A stretch of DNA of 64,000 bases, taken from NCBI RefSeq assembly GCF_009914755.1, contig NC_060940.1. One strand, 5' to 3'. The first letter of the stretch is position 1, and each line of letters starts with the position of its first letter. Shown piece after piece: positions 12,601 through 26,094 of this stretch. Source of the stretch: the human T2T-CHM13v2.0 reference genome, Homo sapiens. Both the position numbers and the translations under genes were made by a program. The notes under the pieces were generated by a model that made no database searches, had not been told where the DNA came from, and saw nothing but the letters and a program-made list of their open reading frames with translations.

Positions 12601-13475
12601 CCACCAAGCAACAGTGGCTGGCATTCTGTGCACAATCGATGTCTGCTGCTGTCAGCTCTGTGGTCGCTGTCTGCACTCCCACCCCTGTCATCCTCCAAGT
12701 CTGATCTCCTCCCGAAGTCTCTTCCTGGACCTCAGCCCTCAGGGATTGCACCTCCCTCTGAATATGCTGTCCCTTCTAATCATGCCATTTAGCCACACTG
12801 CCTAGCACTTTCTTTTTTGAATATTCGTGTCCCAGGTCCCTGAAAAAGTTGCTAAGCCTGCTAAAAGCAAGGCAAGGCCTTTCTTTCTTTGTAACCTTAA
12901 TGCCCAGCAACGCTCCATTCAGTTTGACCCTCAGTTGGCTTCATACTTTGATTTTATGTCTTTATTTGTTTCTTAATGAGCTACTTTATCATTGTGAAAA
13001 CAGTTAAATATCAATAGTCAATGAATAAATATTACCAAAAAAAAAAAAGGTTTGTCGTTTAAAAATTTGGAGCTGGGCTGGAAACTAGGGATACTACTTG
13101 GTATATTTTAGTTCTACTGATATGACAGTATTTGATACTTAATCATATTCAAGCAGCTTTACAGAGACTACCATGAGAATGGGTTAAATTAAGAGGATTG
13201 TCTTTGCTGTTTAGCCAATATGGGCCAAAGTTCAGTGGTTTGAGACATGGCGGGGTTTGGTAGTAGATGTAGGATATTGCTGGGGAAAGAGTGTTAGAGG
13301 ATGGAAGATTGCATGATATTTCTGGCTTTGCTCTTTGACTGTGTGCTGTTTGTAAAATCACTTAAGTCCCATGGGTCATTTTCTTCCCCATATCAAGCAC
13401 CTGCTATGTATCAGGTGTTGTGCTCACGTGGTGTTTTATGCACAGTGTTTCCTCTTTGTTAATCCTCATGATGAT

Positions 13476-13848
13476 TGGTATGGTTTGGCTGTGTCCCCAC
13501 CCAAATCTCATTTTGAACTGTAATCTCCATAATCCCTACGTGCCAGGTAGGGACCTGGTAGGAGGTGATTGGCCCGTGGTGGCAGTTTCCCTCATGCTGT
13601 TCTCGTGATAGCACGTGAGTTCTCGTGAGATCTGATAGTTTTATAAATGGAAGTTTCCCCTGGCCTTCATTCTCTTTCCTGCTGCTTTGCAAAGAAGGTG
13701 CTTGCTTCTGCTTTGCCTTCTGCCATGATTGTAAGTTTCCTGAGGCCTCCCTAGCCATGCGGAACTGTGAGTCAATAAACCTCTTTCCTTTATACATTAC
13801 CCAGTCTCGGGTAGTATCTTCATAGCAGTGCAAAAACGGACTAATACA
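13476..13848 (+). mobile_element. THE1 (THE1C/D-like) solo LTR
   Basis: TGGTATGGTTTGGCTGTGTCCCCACCCAAATCTCA...GGACTAATACA; 5-bp TSD ATGAT at 13471-13475 and 14155-14159. Confidence 0.93.
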
Positions 13849-14138
13849 GGTTGGGCACGGTGGCTCATGCCTGTAATCCCAGCACTTTAGGAGGCCGAGG
13901 CAGATGGATCACTTGAGGTCAAGAGTTTGAGACCATCCTGGCCAACATGGTGAAACCCTGCCTCTACTAAAAATACAAAACAGCCGGGTATGGTGGTGTG
14001 TGCCTGTAATCCCAGCTATTTGGGACCCTGAGGCAGGAGAATCGCTTGAACCTGGAAGGTGGAGGTTTCAGTGAGCCGAGATCATGCCACTGCACTCTAG
14101 CCTGGGTGATTCCATCTCAAAAAAAAAAAAAGAGAAAG
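13849..14138 (+). mobile_element. AluS inserted at the THE1 LTR terminus
   Basis: TSD AAAACGGACTAATACA / AAAACAGATTAATACA. Confidence 0.95.
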
Positions 14139-14561
14139 AAAACAGATTAATACAATGATCTGTGAGATATTGGGACTGTTCTTATTCCCATTTCACAGAT
14201 GAGCCACTAACTGGCTCCTGGCAGGACAGTGAATAAGGGGCACAACAGAGACACAAACACATCGCTAACCAATGGTCTCATCCGTCAGCCACACTGCCTG
14301 TCTCAGCATGGGCCCTGTGTGGACCATTCCATCTCAATTTGTTTCTGATTCTTGTCAATTAAATAAGAACAGCTGAAAAGTAAAATAATAAATATATACA
14401 TAAAAACAATGGGGGGAGTAATAATGATAATAGATACAATTTTTTGGTCTTTATAATCCCCAGAGCCTGGCTTAATTATTTTAAAGTAAATCAACACTTT
14501 GAACACTTGCAGGTTAGAAAACCAGTGGACTGATGGATGCGTTACAGCCATTGTTTCCAAG

Positions 14562-15377
14562 TGTATTAGTTTCTGCTGGCCGCTGTAACACATTATCACC
14601 AGTGTAGCACCTAAACAACACAAATGTATTGTCTTTCAGTTCTGTAAGATAGAAGTCCTACAGGGTTCTCCTTGGGCTAAAATGTAGTTGTTGGCATTTC
14701 TTTCTGGAGGCTCTGGGGGAAGGTCGTTCCTTGGCCTTTTCCCATGACGTAGAGGCTGACACATTCCTCTGCTATGGCCTCTTCATTTTTCAAAGCCAGC
14801 AAGATTGCATCTCTCTGTCTTTCTTTTGTGGTCACATTTTACCAGGACTCTTCTCCTGCTTTTTTTTTTCTACCTTTAGGGATCTTTGTGATTTCATTTG
14901 GCCCACCTAGATAACCAGGGTCCTCTCCCTATTTATTTTTATTTTATTTGTGAGACAGAGCTTTGCTTTGTTGCCCAGACTGGAGTGCAGTGGCTTGATC
15001 TTGGCTCACTGCAACTTCCGCCTCCAGGGTTCAAGCGATTCTCCTGCCTCAGCCTCCTGAGTACCTGGGACCACAGGCACATGCCACCATGCCAGCTAAT
15101 TTTTAGTAGAGATGGGGTTTCACCATGTTGGCCAGGCTGGTCTCAAACTCCTGACCTCAAGTGATCTGCCTGCCTTGGCCTCCTAAACTGCCGGGATTAC
15201 AGGTGTGAGCCACCACACCCAGCCCCTCTCCCTATTTTAATGCGAGGTAATTAACAACCTTAATTTCACCAGTAACCTGAATTCTCCTTTGCCACGCAGT
15301 CTACCATATTCACGGGTTTCAGGGATTAGGACCTGGACATCTTTGGTTGGGAAATGGGCATCATTTTGTCTACCACA
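14562..15377 (-). mobile_element. MLT1C-like solo LTR split by an Alu
   Basis: TGTATTAGTTTC...GCTGTAACA...GGCCCACCTAGATAA...GGGATTAGGACCTGGACATCTTTGG...TCTACCACA. Confidence 0.85.
14935..15224 (-). mobile_element. AluS
   Basis: Perfect TSD CCTCTCCCTATTT at 14922-14934 and 15225-15237. Confidence 0.95.
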
Positions 15378-16253
15378 ACGTGAGAGCCCATTGCCCTGCA
15401 TCCACAGTCATAAAAGTCTGTTCCCTTCCTCCCTGATTCTTCCTAACTTCTCCTGCCTGCCTTGCAGGATATGTGGAGTTATCAGTTCCTAGCACCACTG
15501 GCCAAAGCGAGGATAGCTGATTGCACTCCTACTTTCCTGCTGGTGGAAACAGCATGTATATAGGTACAACTCTGGTGTGGGGAAAATGCTAAAGATATAA
15601 AGTAGAAATAGCCTTTGTGTGATGTGAGCAGCAGAACAAAAATCGAGGGTGCCAAATAATCGTATGAAGTGGTGAACTGCCTAAGATGGAATATTGCTGT
15701 TCCTAAATCCTGGCTGTGTTGAGACATGTGATCCTGCCGATGAGATGAGAGCTGAACCACTCTCTTCTCCCAGATGCTGGGCTTCCGACCTTAATAGAGA
15801 CCGAGAAACTTAACAGAGGGCTCAGAAGAGAAATCTATTGAAAGTTACTAGGTGCCAGGTGTCTCGGAAAGTGTTTAACACATGCCTGAGACGTTAAAGG
15901 CAAGATTCATGCATTCTTTCAGCAGACAGTTTCTTCACTTACCGGGGAAGGGGGTGTAATATATGGGGGTATAGGGATAAATAATTCTGTGTGCTGTGCA
16001 GGCCGTGGAGACTCATCTTCTGCACAGGTCAAGTTCTGAAGTCAGCATATAAGCTGGAAGTGGAGTGAAGTCAAATGACCCTCAAAGATCCTTCCAGACT
16101 TCATGCCCTTGGCAACTCAGTTTGGACACTCATATGCTGGTTTCTTCCTTGTATTTATGCAGCAGCCTCCTTTTCCACAAAAAGCAGAGGCCAACGTATC
16201 TCACCCCCTCAATTTTTTTACTTTCCCTCTCCCTCCCTGTGCTTGCCTTTCTT

Positions 16254-16588
16254 TTCTTTTCTTTTTTCTTTTTAAGACAGGCTCTCACTCTTGTCACCCA
16301 GGCTAGAATGCAGTGGTGCAATCACAGCTCACTGCAGCCTGTAACTCCCAGACTGAAGCGATCCTCCTGCCTCAGCCTCCCGAGTAGCTTGTACTGCAGA
16401 TGTGTGTCACCATACCTGGCTGATTTATACTTACATTTATGTATGTGCATGTGTGTTTATATATATATATTTGTAGAAATGGGATTTTGCCATGTTTCCC
16501 AGGCTGGGCTCAAACTCCTGGGTTTAAGCAGTCCTCCTCCAGCCTCCCAAAGTGCTGGGATTACAAGCCTGAGCCACCATGCCTGGCC
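16254..16588 (-). mobile_element. AluJ with expanded (TA/TG)n linker
   Basis: J-type CACTGCAGCC...GCGATCCTCC; TSD TGCTTGCCTTTCTT. Confidence 0.93.
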
Positions 16589-18059
16589 TTTGCTTGCCTT
16601 TCTTAATGTCTTTGACAATTCATGTAAATGTGTGTATGATGTAACTCTATAGGACTAAGGGTGTGTGAGGATGCCAGGAGGCTGTTGGTTGACAGGAGTC
16701 ATGATTTGACTATATGAGGTCACAGAAAATGCTTTTTAAAATTTACCGCCAACCCACAGGAAAACTATTCTCCTTCTTCTAAGGAAAAAAAAAATGTCAC
16801 GATAAAGCAGCTACATTAATGACAGGCACATCAAGGTTTTAACGTGTTCTCTAGATTTATGATGTGTAGCGTGGTCTCCATTCTAGAAAGCAAAGTAGGG
16901 AAAGCACGACTTTGGGGCCAGGGCCCTTTCTGGTTCAGAATGTCCCTGGCCAGTGTGCGCCGTGCAGTGTGGAAGCACGCTTCGGTGCGCATGTAAGTTT
17001 ACGTGCTATCTGTAGGGACAGTGATTTTTATTCATTAGAGTTTTTGAGTCTAATTGTTTTTAAACTGCCACTTTTGTTTGTTAAAGATACAGATGTCTGG
17101 CCATAGAGGAAAGCAAGGTGGATTTATCGTTGCAATTAGATGCTTCACAATTTGAAAACTTATCACTTAAATTGGTGAAATGTCACTTTTATGCAACTTG
17201 ATGTTTAGAAGTCCTTGGCGTCCAGGACTAAAGTCATGTGCAATTTAACAAGATCTTGGTGAGATAAAGGAAGTTGCGCTTGAGGAAACATTGAAACACA
17301 CCAGATGGAATTTTCCAATTCCCTCCTACATGATAGAGACTAGGTGAAGGGAGATAGACCACAAATTGATTTTGTGTAACTCTTAAATTAAGTGGAGCAG
17401 AGTTAAAAAAAAAAAATCACTGGATTTGAAGTTGGCCTATGTTAGATTACTCCAAGGAAGTTAGTTAATATGTTAATATGAATCTAGATGAACATTGAGT
17501 GTTTTGCTCTTCTTGTTAATTTGCGCCATCTACTAATCTCTGGACAATGGAGAAAAAGTCGTAGGTTATGAGTTTTTTATTTATGGACATTAAGCAATAT
17601 CTTTAAAATGTAAAATGAAGCCGACAAAATGCACAGCCAGATAACAACAACAAATCTAATCTAAAGTGACAGGAAGAGACTCTCCCAGACATTTTTCTCT
17701 TTAATGTAACATGACTTTAAATTGATGCAACCCCACAGTGATTGAAAAACTCTCAGAGCTTGTCTCCTATGATTACATTTCTGATCTGTACAACTTAATT
17801 TTTTAACTCGGTGAGTCTCAGTTTTGCGAATGAACAGTTCTCTTTTGCTTTCTCTCTCATATTATTTGGGAAGACATTATTTGGCAACCAGGCAGATAAA
17901 GCTCTGTTACCACGACGAATACTGAGAAGTCCTAAAACAATAAAGACCCCAAGAACTCACCCTGGAATATGTACCTCCAAATCTCTTCTCTTTTCCTTCT
18001 CTCCTTCTCTTTGTTTTTCTTTCTCTTCCTGTTCTCTTGTTTTATCTTGACTTCTCTCG

Positions 18060-18168
18060 ACTGTGGTGACGGTTTGCATATATCTGCGATTGTACTGAAA
18101 CTTACCAAACATTGTACGTTTTAAATGGGCAAAATGTATTTGAACTATATATATCACAATAAAGCTAT
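18060..18168 (+). mobile_element. Old L1M 3'-terminal fragment
   Basis: GTGGTGACGGTTTGCATA...AAACTTACCAAACATTGTACGTTTTAAATGGG...CAATAAAGCT. Confidence 0.65.
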
Positions 18169-21100
18169 AATACTCTTTTAAAGTGTCTCCTGAATCATTA
18201 CCAGTATAATTATTCTGTGAACTGTATTTTGATGAATTCAGAATTAATTTAAAATGGATTATCCCCCTGTAGAATGGGAGGTAATGCTGAATGATTGTGA
18301 ATGATTGTGAATGTTTGTTTATTTGGGGTACTCCCTCAAATTTCTTATCCAGTGGTGTCTAGAACATGTTGGGATTTTGTGTGATAGTTTCTTGAGTTGG
18401 AAATTGCGTTTCTTTGGCCTCCCATGTGGGTATCAATGAGTTTTACATGGTTTAAAGGCCAGTTATGTGATGGATACTTCTATTACCTTATGTCTTTCTG
18501 ATTTCATACACTTAAATGTACAGTTTTTATCTTCCTTCAAAACCTTATTTTTCCAAGCAAGTTTTATTTATTCACTTTCAGTCATTACTGAAGTGAATAA
18601 CAAACATATAACAGATGCTATTTTGGGTCATAGCTGTTTTGCTAAGTAATACTTAAAGGCTTTCTGACTATATTTTTAATTTCTCGACAGTCTCCCATGG
18701 TTATTTTCTGATCATAACTTGAAAATCAAAGCTTTCTGTTCAGTTTAACCATCTTTTAAAACCCAGTGGTTTTAGCTTGGGTATTAACCTTTAACATAGC
18801 TAGCGAAAATTGAACATTTTTATTTGAAATATGCTTAATGTTGTCTTGTGTAAGACAAAAAGTTTAGGGACAAGTGAACCATTTACTTTTCTTTTAATGT
18901 GGAAAGCAGTTTACAAATGCTGGTATGACTAACAAGAATGAAAGGACCAGAATGGCAGTTCTGAGCTAGAATGTGATGAGTAAGTACCACCATAGTTAGC
19001 GGCTAGGGAAGGGAGGTTGTTCTACAGAGAAACATGCTCATCATTTCTTCTGTTACCTGGTATTCACTCTGGCAATTTCTTTTTGGACTCATTCTAAAAT
19101 CAGGATTAAGGATATCCACTGAGAAGCTTGCATTTATTACTCTAAGCAAGAAACTTCTATTTAATTTTTTAACCATTTGATTCATATGTATTTAGATTTT
19201 AAAATTTCATTTTCTCTTATCCAAATGTATCATATATCTTTAAGTAGGTGAATCTTGGAGTAGATTTTATTATATATCACATCACAGAGTTAAGCTCGGT
19301 TCATCTGGATTTTAAAAATCTCTACAGCTTTGAGAATGACTTTGAAACACTCTTTACTGTTGGAGCTTAAAGAAAATAAATCTCTAATGTCCTCTGTATT
19401 AATTCACCTGCTTGGAAAGTTAGAGATTAAAAGGTTTAGTAGGATTTTTATATTTTCTATAATTTCTATTTGTATTGGAGTAAACTGTTCGTTGTATGGA
19501 GTGGCTTAGCTTTCATAAAACAGAAAGATTCCTATATTGAGAAAAGAGGAAGAAGGAAAAAGTGTAATATAAATACATAAAACTTCCTCTAGCTTTCTTG
19601 TGTTATGTGTAAAGGAGTTAGTACGTTACTTTAATTGTGTACTTTGAAGAAAGCAATCTCCTATTTCCATTAATGGTGGACTCTGTGGGTAGAGACATGG
19701 ATATTTTTCCTTTTATAAGAAAGGTCTTGTCTTTCCTCAGAAGGCATTGTGAGCAAAATAAGGGAAGAAAAAGAGAAGTAGATAAGAAAAACAAATCACA
19801 ATATTGAAGCAGGACCCGAGTACTATAGCCTTCCTCATATTTTGGTATCTGGAACCGAGGTTGCTAATTAATGACCCAAGAGCTAAGCCTTGTTTGATGA
19901 AATGCAAGATGTAATACACAGATTGCCTTGGAGTGATGTGTGATTATTACCATCCATTCATGTGTAATCCCGTATTTGGAAGGTTTGTAATTTGTTTTTG
20001 ACACATTTCTCTCTGATTTTATACACTCATGCATACAGGTCTCACCTCCCTCCAAAACCTTATTTCCAAAGCAGACTTTGTTTGTTTGGTTTGGGTAATT
20101 CATTGGGCCCTATTTGTCTTCCTTATACATAATCTATTTTCTTACTGCTGCCTCTGTCTTCCAAACCAAGAATATAAAGAATGAAGCCTGGGGACTGGAA
20201 CTTAAAACTTCTGCCGAGAAAAGAAAGTCAAGGCCTGTGGGCTCCTAAAACATCCTGTGGAATTCGCCTCAGATGCCCCTCCATTTGCACTGGTATATGG
20301 AGGATGTTTGAAAACCACCAGAACCTATTGTGTACTTTGGAACAATGGCATTTTCCTGCTTGATTGTGAAGATGGCCGCTGGAAAAGAAGCCAACTCCCA
20401 GGGGGCACGAGGGGCTAAGCTGTCTCCTGGGAAGTTTGAGGGAGGCCAAGTGTTTTCCAGTTCATTTCCAACGCGTATTTCTTCAGGGCCAAGGGCCCAG
20501 CTGTGCCTCATTAGGGGTGAGAGTTTGGCTGTGACACGACTTAATAGAAAAAAAAAAAAAAAAAGGAGAAGTCCAACTAGCTGAGTGGCAACAGAACTTG
20601 GGACAACCTGTGCCCACAGCCTTTCATGTCCTGTAATGAGTGTGCCATTTGCTCACTGGGAGGAGAAAAAAATGACAGTATGCAACAGTCAACTTTTTCC
20701 TGAAGAAAGAGAGAAAAAAATACATATTTTGCAGCCGAGACATCGGGGTACCTGTTAACTTTAGGCACAGCGCTAGTGTCAGCCCTGGAAAGAGACTCCC
20801 TGTGAACAGCACTTTTTACCATTTAATCAGCCTGTACTTCTTCGTATTTATAGCCCTGGCGAGGCTGGCCCATTGTTACAAGAGGAAATTGTGATGTTCA
20901 GCAGTTTATACCTTGGGAGCTGGAAGCGTTTCTCCATGGTGAATTTGTAATATTAATTGGCCATGTCAGTTCATGACAAATGTAGTGACATCTATTTCAA
21001 GTATTTCAGTTTTATGGTGCTGAAGAAGTGACACGCGCTCCAGATAAGTAATCTCACAAAAGATCTTCCCGCTCGCTGTGGAGCGCCTCCAGAACATGCT

Positions 21101-21369
21101 CTCAGAGGAGATGCAAATAGGCTCAGGGTTCAGGGGGCTGTCCCCTTCCTTTTGCTCAAGGCTCAGAGGGGAGCCAGAGGAATGCAGGGAGGGACGCACT
21201 CCCTGTCATTCCCCTTTCAGTCTCAGGAGATTCTGGTTGAAGCTCTGGCATGGACTTTCCTGCCCAAGAAGTGTCCTTGCGGTGATCATTTATGTGATTT
21301 GGGTACCTGCTGCTTGTAGGCTGTGACTGTCAGTAGCAGAAATAAATATATTGCCTTTCTCACTGTGTA

Positions 21370-21582
21370 CAGTGGTGCTGTACCAAGGGTGACTCTGCCC
21401 ATCAAGGGACACTTGTCTGGAGATATTTGGGTTGTCATATCTTGGAGGAGAATAGGCTGCTATTAGCATCTAGTGGGTAAGAGCAAGGGATGCTGTAGAA
21501 CTTCCTACAATGCACAGGCGCATCCTACAACAGAGAATTGTCTGGCCCCAAAAGTCAATAGTGCTGAGGCTGAGAAACCCTG
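21370..21582 (+). mobile_element. MER20 hAT DNA transposon
   Basis: CAGTGGT...GCATCTAGTGGGTA...GGGATGCTG...CCTACAATGCACAGG...GTCAATAGTGCTGAGGCTGAGAAACCCTG. Confidence 0.9.
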
Positions 21583-22029
21583 CACTTGTGTGGACCATGC
21601 CCTTTTATGCTTTTCAACCTTGAAGCACTAATAGGTCAGAGAAGAATGCCAGGGATGTGTTGATGGGTCTGCAAGAGGTTGATGGGGGATGCTTGAGCTC
21701 CTACCAAGTGGAAGGTGGTGTAGGCAAAGAGAAGGATGCATAGGCACATTGGACGGTGGAAGGCAGGGGCTGCTGAATGATGTGGCAGGAAACATGCAAA
21801 GTGCTCAGCGTCCCTGGGCGGTGCAGAGTCTTGGGAAGCAAGAGGATGGAGCCATCCTTTCAGTTTCCAGCCTGGGTTTCCCAAAGGAGAGGGTGTTTGA
21901 GTTCAGTGGCAGAGAGAGTGGGGAAGAGTGTTGGAGCCCAGCTGAGTGGCCACCTTTGTCAAATGGAGCTGAGAAATGATTTTCACATGGCTGGCGTAAT
22001 GGCGGAGTTTCCAAAACAGCAGCACAACA

Positions 22030-22180
22030 AAATAGCCATTTACATGTCAAGACTATATTCATAGAATCCATATGTCTAAGGTGGGGAAGTTGTCATTATT
22101 CCTGTTTTATAGATGAGGAAACAGAGGCCCAGATGGAGTAAGTGACTGCTGAAGTACACATGATTTGTCAGTAGAAAGGA
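22030..22180 (-). mobile_element. MIR
   Basis: CCTGTTTTATAGATGAGGAAACAGAGGCCCAGA...AAGTGACT. Confidence 0.8.
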
Positions 22181-22216
22181 AGAGACCAAAGGTGGCATCA
22201 ACTTTATCTTTCCTTC

Positions 22217-22506
<290 letters not shown>

Positions 22507-22659
22507 TGTTTTTCCTTCTTTGTTAAGTGGAACAAGTCATTTTTTTGGTGGTCATTTCCAATATGTAATTCCTGATAACACACGTATATATTATCTCTTT
22601 AAAAATTAAAAAAAAAAAAGCCAGCCAAAAAAAGAAAATGGAAGTGTTCAAGAAACTGC

Positions 22660-23920
22660 CTTTTTTCATGTAATAGTATTTCTGTGTCACTAAATCCTTC
22701 AACAGCATTATTTTTAATAGCTGCCCAATGTCCTAATGGATGGGTGAGTCATGATTTACTTAACCAATCCCCTGTTGTTGGACATACAGGTTATTCACAG
22801 CTTTTCTCTATTGTAAGTGGAATTGCAATGAATGTTTTTGTAGTACACACCAGTGAGTGATTCCTTGGTGCGCTTGGAAGTGCTGGTTCCAAGAATAAGA
22901 TAAGGCTTTGAGATTAATTGCCAAATTGCTTTCTTGAAATATTGAGGCTACTATTTTCCAGTATCTTCACTAGGAATAAGTAACGTTTTTCTAAAGCTGA
23001 GTAGTAAGAGAAAGGTAGAATCTAATTTTACTGTGCATTTTCTTGATTATTAGTGAAGCTAAACATTATTTTTTATTGATGTGTTAACAATTTCTTTCTT
23101 TTGCAAATGATCTATTCATGTTCTGTGACTGATTTCTATCTTGGTGTCTTTACGTTTGTGAATGGTAAGAATTTTTATGTGTTCAGGAACTATTTAAATG
23201 TTCAAGACATTAACCTGTGGTTATGTATATCACAGGTACAGTCACATCGCTTAACAAGGGAGATACATTCTGAAAAATGTATTGTCGGAATTCTGTCATT
23301 GCATGAAGATCATAGAGTGTATTTACACGAGCCTAGATGGATAGCCTACTACACATCCAGGCTATATGGTATAGCCTCTTCCTCCAGGGCTATGAACCTG
23401 TATAGTATATTACTGTAATGAATAGTGTAAGCAGTTGTAATACAATGGGACATATTTGTGCATCTAAACACACCTAAACATAGAAAAGGTACAGTGAAAA
23501 TATGGTATTATAATCTGATGGGATCGGCATTGTGTACATAGTTCGTTATTGACTGAAATGTTGGTATGAGGTGTATGACTATGTTTTCTCATGACCTCTG
23601 CTTTTTTTGTCTTTAAGTTTTTAATTTTTGTTTTACTTTTGTCTTTTAATTTTAATTCTATTGCAACCAAATCTATCAGCCTGTCTTCTATGATCTCTGC
23701 TTTTAATTGTTACCCTTTAAAAATCCTTCTCCATGGTAACATTATATTGACTCATATGTCTTACTGGTTGAACGTGCCTATGTTTGACTTTGAAATCATT
23801 AAATTCATTGAGGATTTGTTTTGCCATGAGGAATTGGGTAAGGATCCAGCTGATTTTCTCCAGATGAGTAGTTCATTGTCCCAACACCAGTTATTGCAAT
23901 AAGTTATTCCTTCCCCAGGA
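22660..23920 (-). mobile_element. L1ME-type remnant interrupted by Tigger3a
   Basis: GATTTACTTAACCAATCCCCTGTTGTTGGACAT...; TTCATTGTCCCAACACCAGTTATTG. Confidence 0.7.
23239..23581 (-). mobile_element. Tigger3a (MER7A) TcMar MITE
   Basis: TA-CAGTCA terminus; GCCTACTACACATCCAGGCTATATGG...AAACATAGAAAAGGTACAG...TATGACT. Confidence 0.9.
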
Positions 23921-24635
23921 AATATACCTGGGCTAATTAAGAAAACTGTGCTTCAATGTAATTATTCCACCTTAATGCATGAAATATTAGGTTAACATGG
24001 AAAAAACATGGCATCCCATGTTTTAGTATTTTTTCCTTATTTCCAAGCAGCACCTCTCTTTGAATTATATTCTGTTCTCTGTTTTTATAATTTGACTCCC
24101 TTCTATTCTACATCTAAATAGTGCATTGTCTGTTTTCACTCAGGACTTTAAAAATAGTTCTAGTACTAATTGTATTTTTATTCTAATACTGCTATTCCTT
24201 TTACTGGTACTTCTGCATCTTAAAAAAACAAAACAAAACAACGAAAACTTGGCATGTTGGCTCACTTGGTGAATGAAAGCATATACTGTTCAGTTGTTTA
24301 TTCTTCAGCAACATCTGAGTATCCTCGAGAAATGAGTGGAATGAACCGCTAGAGATGAATAGCCTTAAGCCCTCAAAGCTGAGCCCTTTGGGGTAACTTG
24401 CTCTAATTCTGCCCTCTCCAGTTTGAGTTTAGGTTAAATTCAGCTTGCAGATTGCACCAAGCCTGATGCCTCCCAGCCATCAAGGAAAAGGGTACCTAAC
24501 ATTTTGAATCTCCATTAATCTTACAGCTCAGATCCTGTGTATTAAATCTCAGCATTTTCAGGGATGTATACTCTGGCAGAAAAACTTTAATGATTTTTTT
24601 TTTCTGATGCTGCCTAGAAAATATTAGAAAGAAGA

Positions 24636-24806
24636 CCCTTCTTTCCTTTCCTTTCTTGTCCTGTCCTGTCCTGTCCTGTCCTGTCTTCCCTCCCTCCCTC
24701 CCTCCCTCCCTTCCTTCCTTCCTTCTCTCCTTCTCCTCCTCCTCCTCTCCTTTTCTTTTCTTTTCCTTTCCTTCTTCTTCCTTTCTTCCTTTATTTCTTT
24801 CTTCCT
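24636..24806. repeat. (CTGTC)n + (CCCT)n/CT-rich compound repeat
   Basis: About six CTGTC-type units followed by a polypyrimidine tract. Confidence 0.95.
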
Positions 24807-25798
24807 GTATTATTTTCTTGTATAGCTCAGGTCTCACTGCTTTGCTGCCATTCTTGTGGAGAATAATAGGTAACAGAGGTGTGCACCTGGCCTCATTTAT
24901 TGTCACACTGGATAGGTAATAGACGCCGGCATGGCTATGCTGTGGTTCCTGCTGATGGGCACACTATTACAGGTGCATGATAAGTGTGTCGTACGCAGGA
25001 AGTACGTTTCCCCCAGCCTTCCCTACCTGCTGAGGGCTGCTCCCAGCCTAAGGATTTCATCCAGATAGATTCATAGCGCTTCCAGTAAATGCACCCCTTG
25101 CCTTTCAAAGTTGAAAAAGAAATTACTTTGGACACAAAGAGGTGTTTCTTTTGACACAGCAGGCATGTGAAAAAATAAGCAAAAAAACAAGAGGGATTTC
25201 TGTTACCATTGGCATGTGCTTCTCTTTTACTTCTTTAGTTCACAATGCCAGTGGTTCAGCTTCCCGTTCTGATCCTCACTGCTCTAATCTCTTCATCTGT
25301 GCTTGCAATCACAGCCACGCGGGCTCGCAATATTACCACGAAATCATTTTATCTGTTGGAATCTCTTTCCTGTTCATTACTCTTTTTTATCCCCAGGTAG
25401 ACAAACACCCTAAGTTTACCTCTTGCGAATTGTACGCTTTAAGGTTAAGGAATTCGTAGTTGAATAAGAATGACTTTTCACATAAATTTAATGGAGTTTT
25501 ATCTTCTGAGCCAAGGCTTTATTTAAGGAGTCTTGGGAGGTAATCATGTGTTACCTGAGACTCTCCGCCCATAGGATGTAGTTCCTTTCCATTGGAACAC
25601 ATGGGGACCGAGGGAATAAAGAATGTTTTCATCTCTGAAAATATCTCTCATTCTTCCAATCAATGCTGCTCTTTTCTTGCATACTGTATACTGGGAAGCA
25701 TTTGTTTCGATTTGTGGTTAAATGTATGTGTCCACTGGACTTCAGTATCCACCCTTTGAAGGACCGCAGGAGAAGTTGTTCAGGTAGAAACATACAAG

Positions 25799-26094
25799 GG
25801 CCGGATGCGGTGGCTCACACCTGTAATCCCAGCACTTTGGGAGGCCTAGGCGGGTGGATCACTTGAGGCCTGGAGTTTGAGACCAGCCTGGCCAACATGG
25901 TGAAACCCTGTCTCTACTAAAAATACAAAAATTAGCCAGGTGCGGTGGCGCAAACCTGTAATCCCAGCTACTTGGGAGGCTGAGGCAGGAGAATCGCTTG
26001 AACTCGGGAGGCGGAGGTTGCAGTGAGTCGAGTCGTGTCAGTGCACTCCAGCCTGGGTGACAGAGCGAAACTCTGTCTCAAAAAACAAACAAAA
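25799..26094 (+). mobile_element. AluS
   Basis: Full dimer; TSD AGAAACATAC. Confidence 0.95.

Larger units (their letters stand above)
13392..14260 (-). mobile_element. MIR split by a THE1 LTR plus Alu
   Basis: AAGCACCTGCTATGTATCAGG...TTAATCCTCA (left part) and CTGTGAGATA...CCCATTTCACAGATGAG (right part). Confidence 0.7.

Noticed and set aside
16065-16652. 195-aa ORF
   Set aside because: Runs through an antisense AluJ and gives a typical Alu-derived peptide.
25365-25402. Second AG|GT junction (TTTTTTATCCCCAG|GTAGAC)
   Set aside because: The regenerated donor GTAGAC is a poor 5' splice site.
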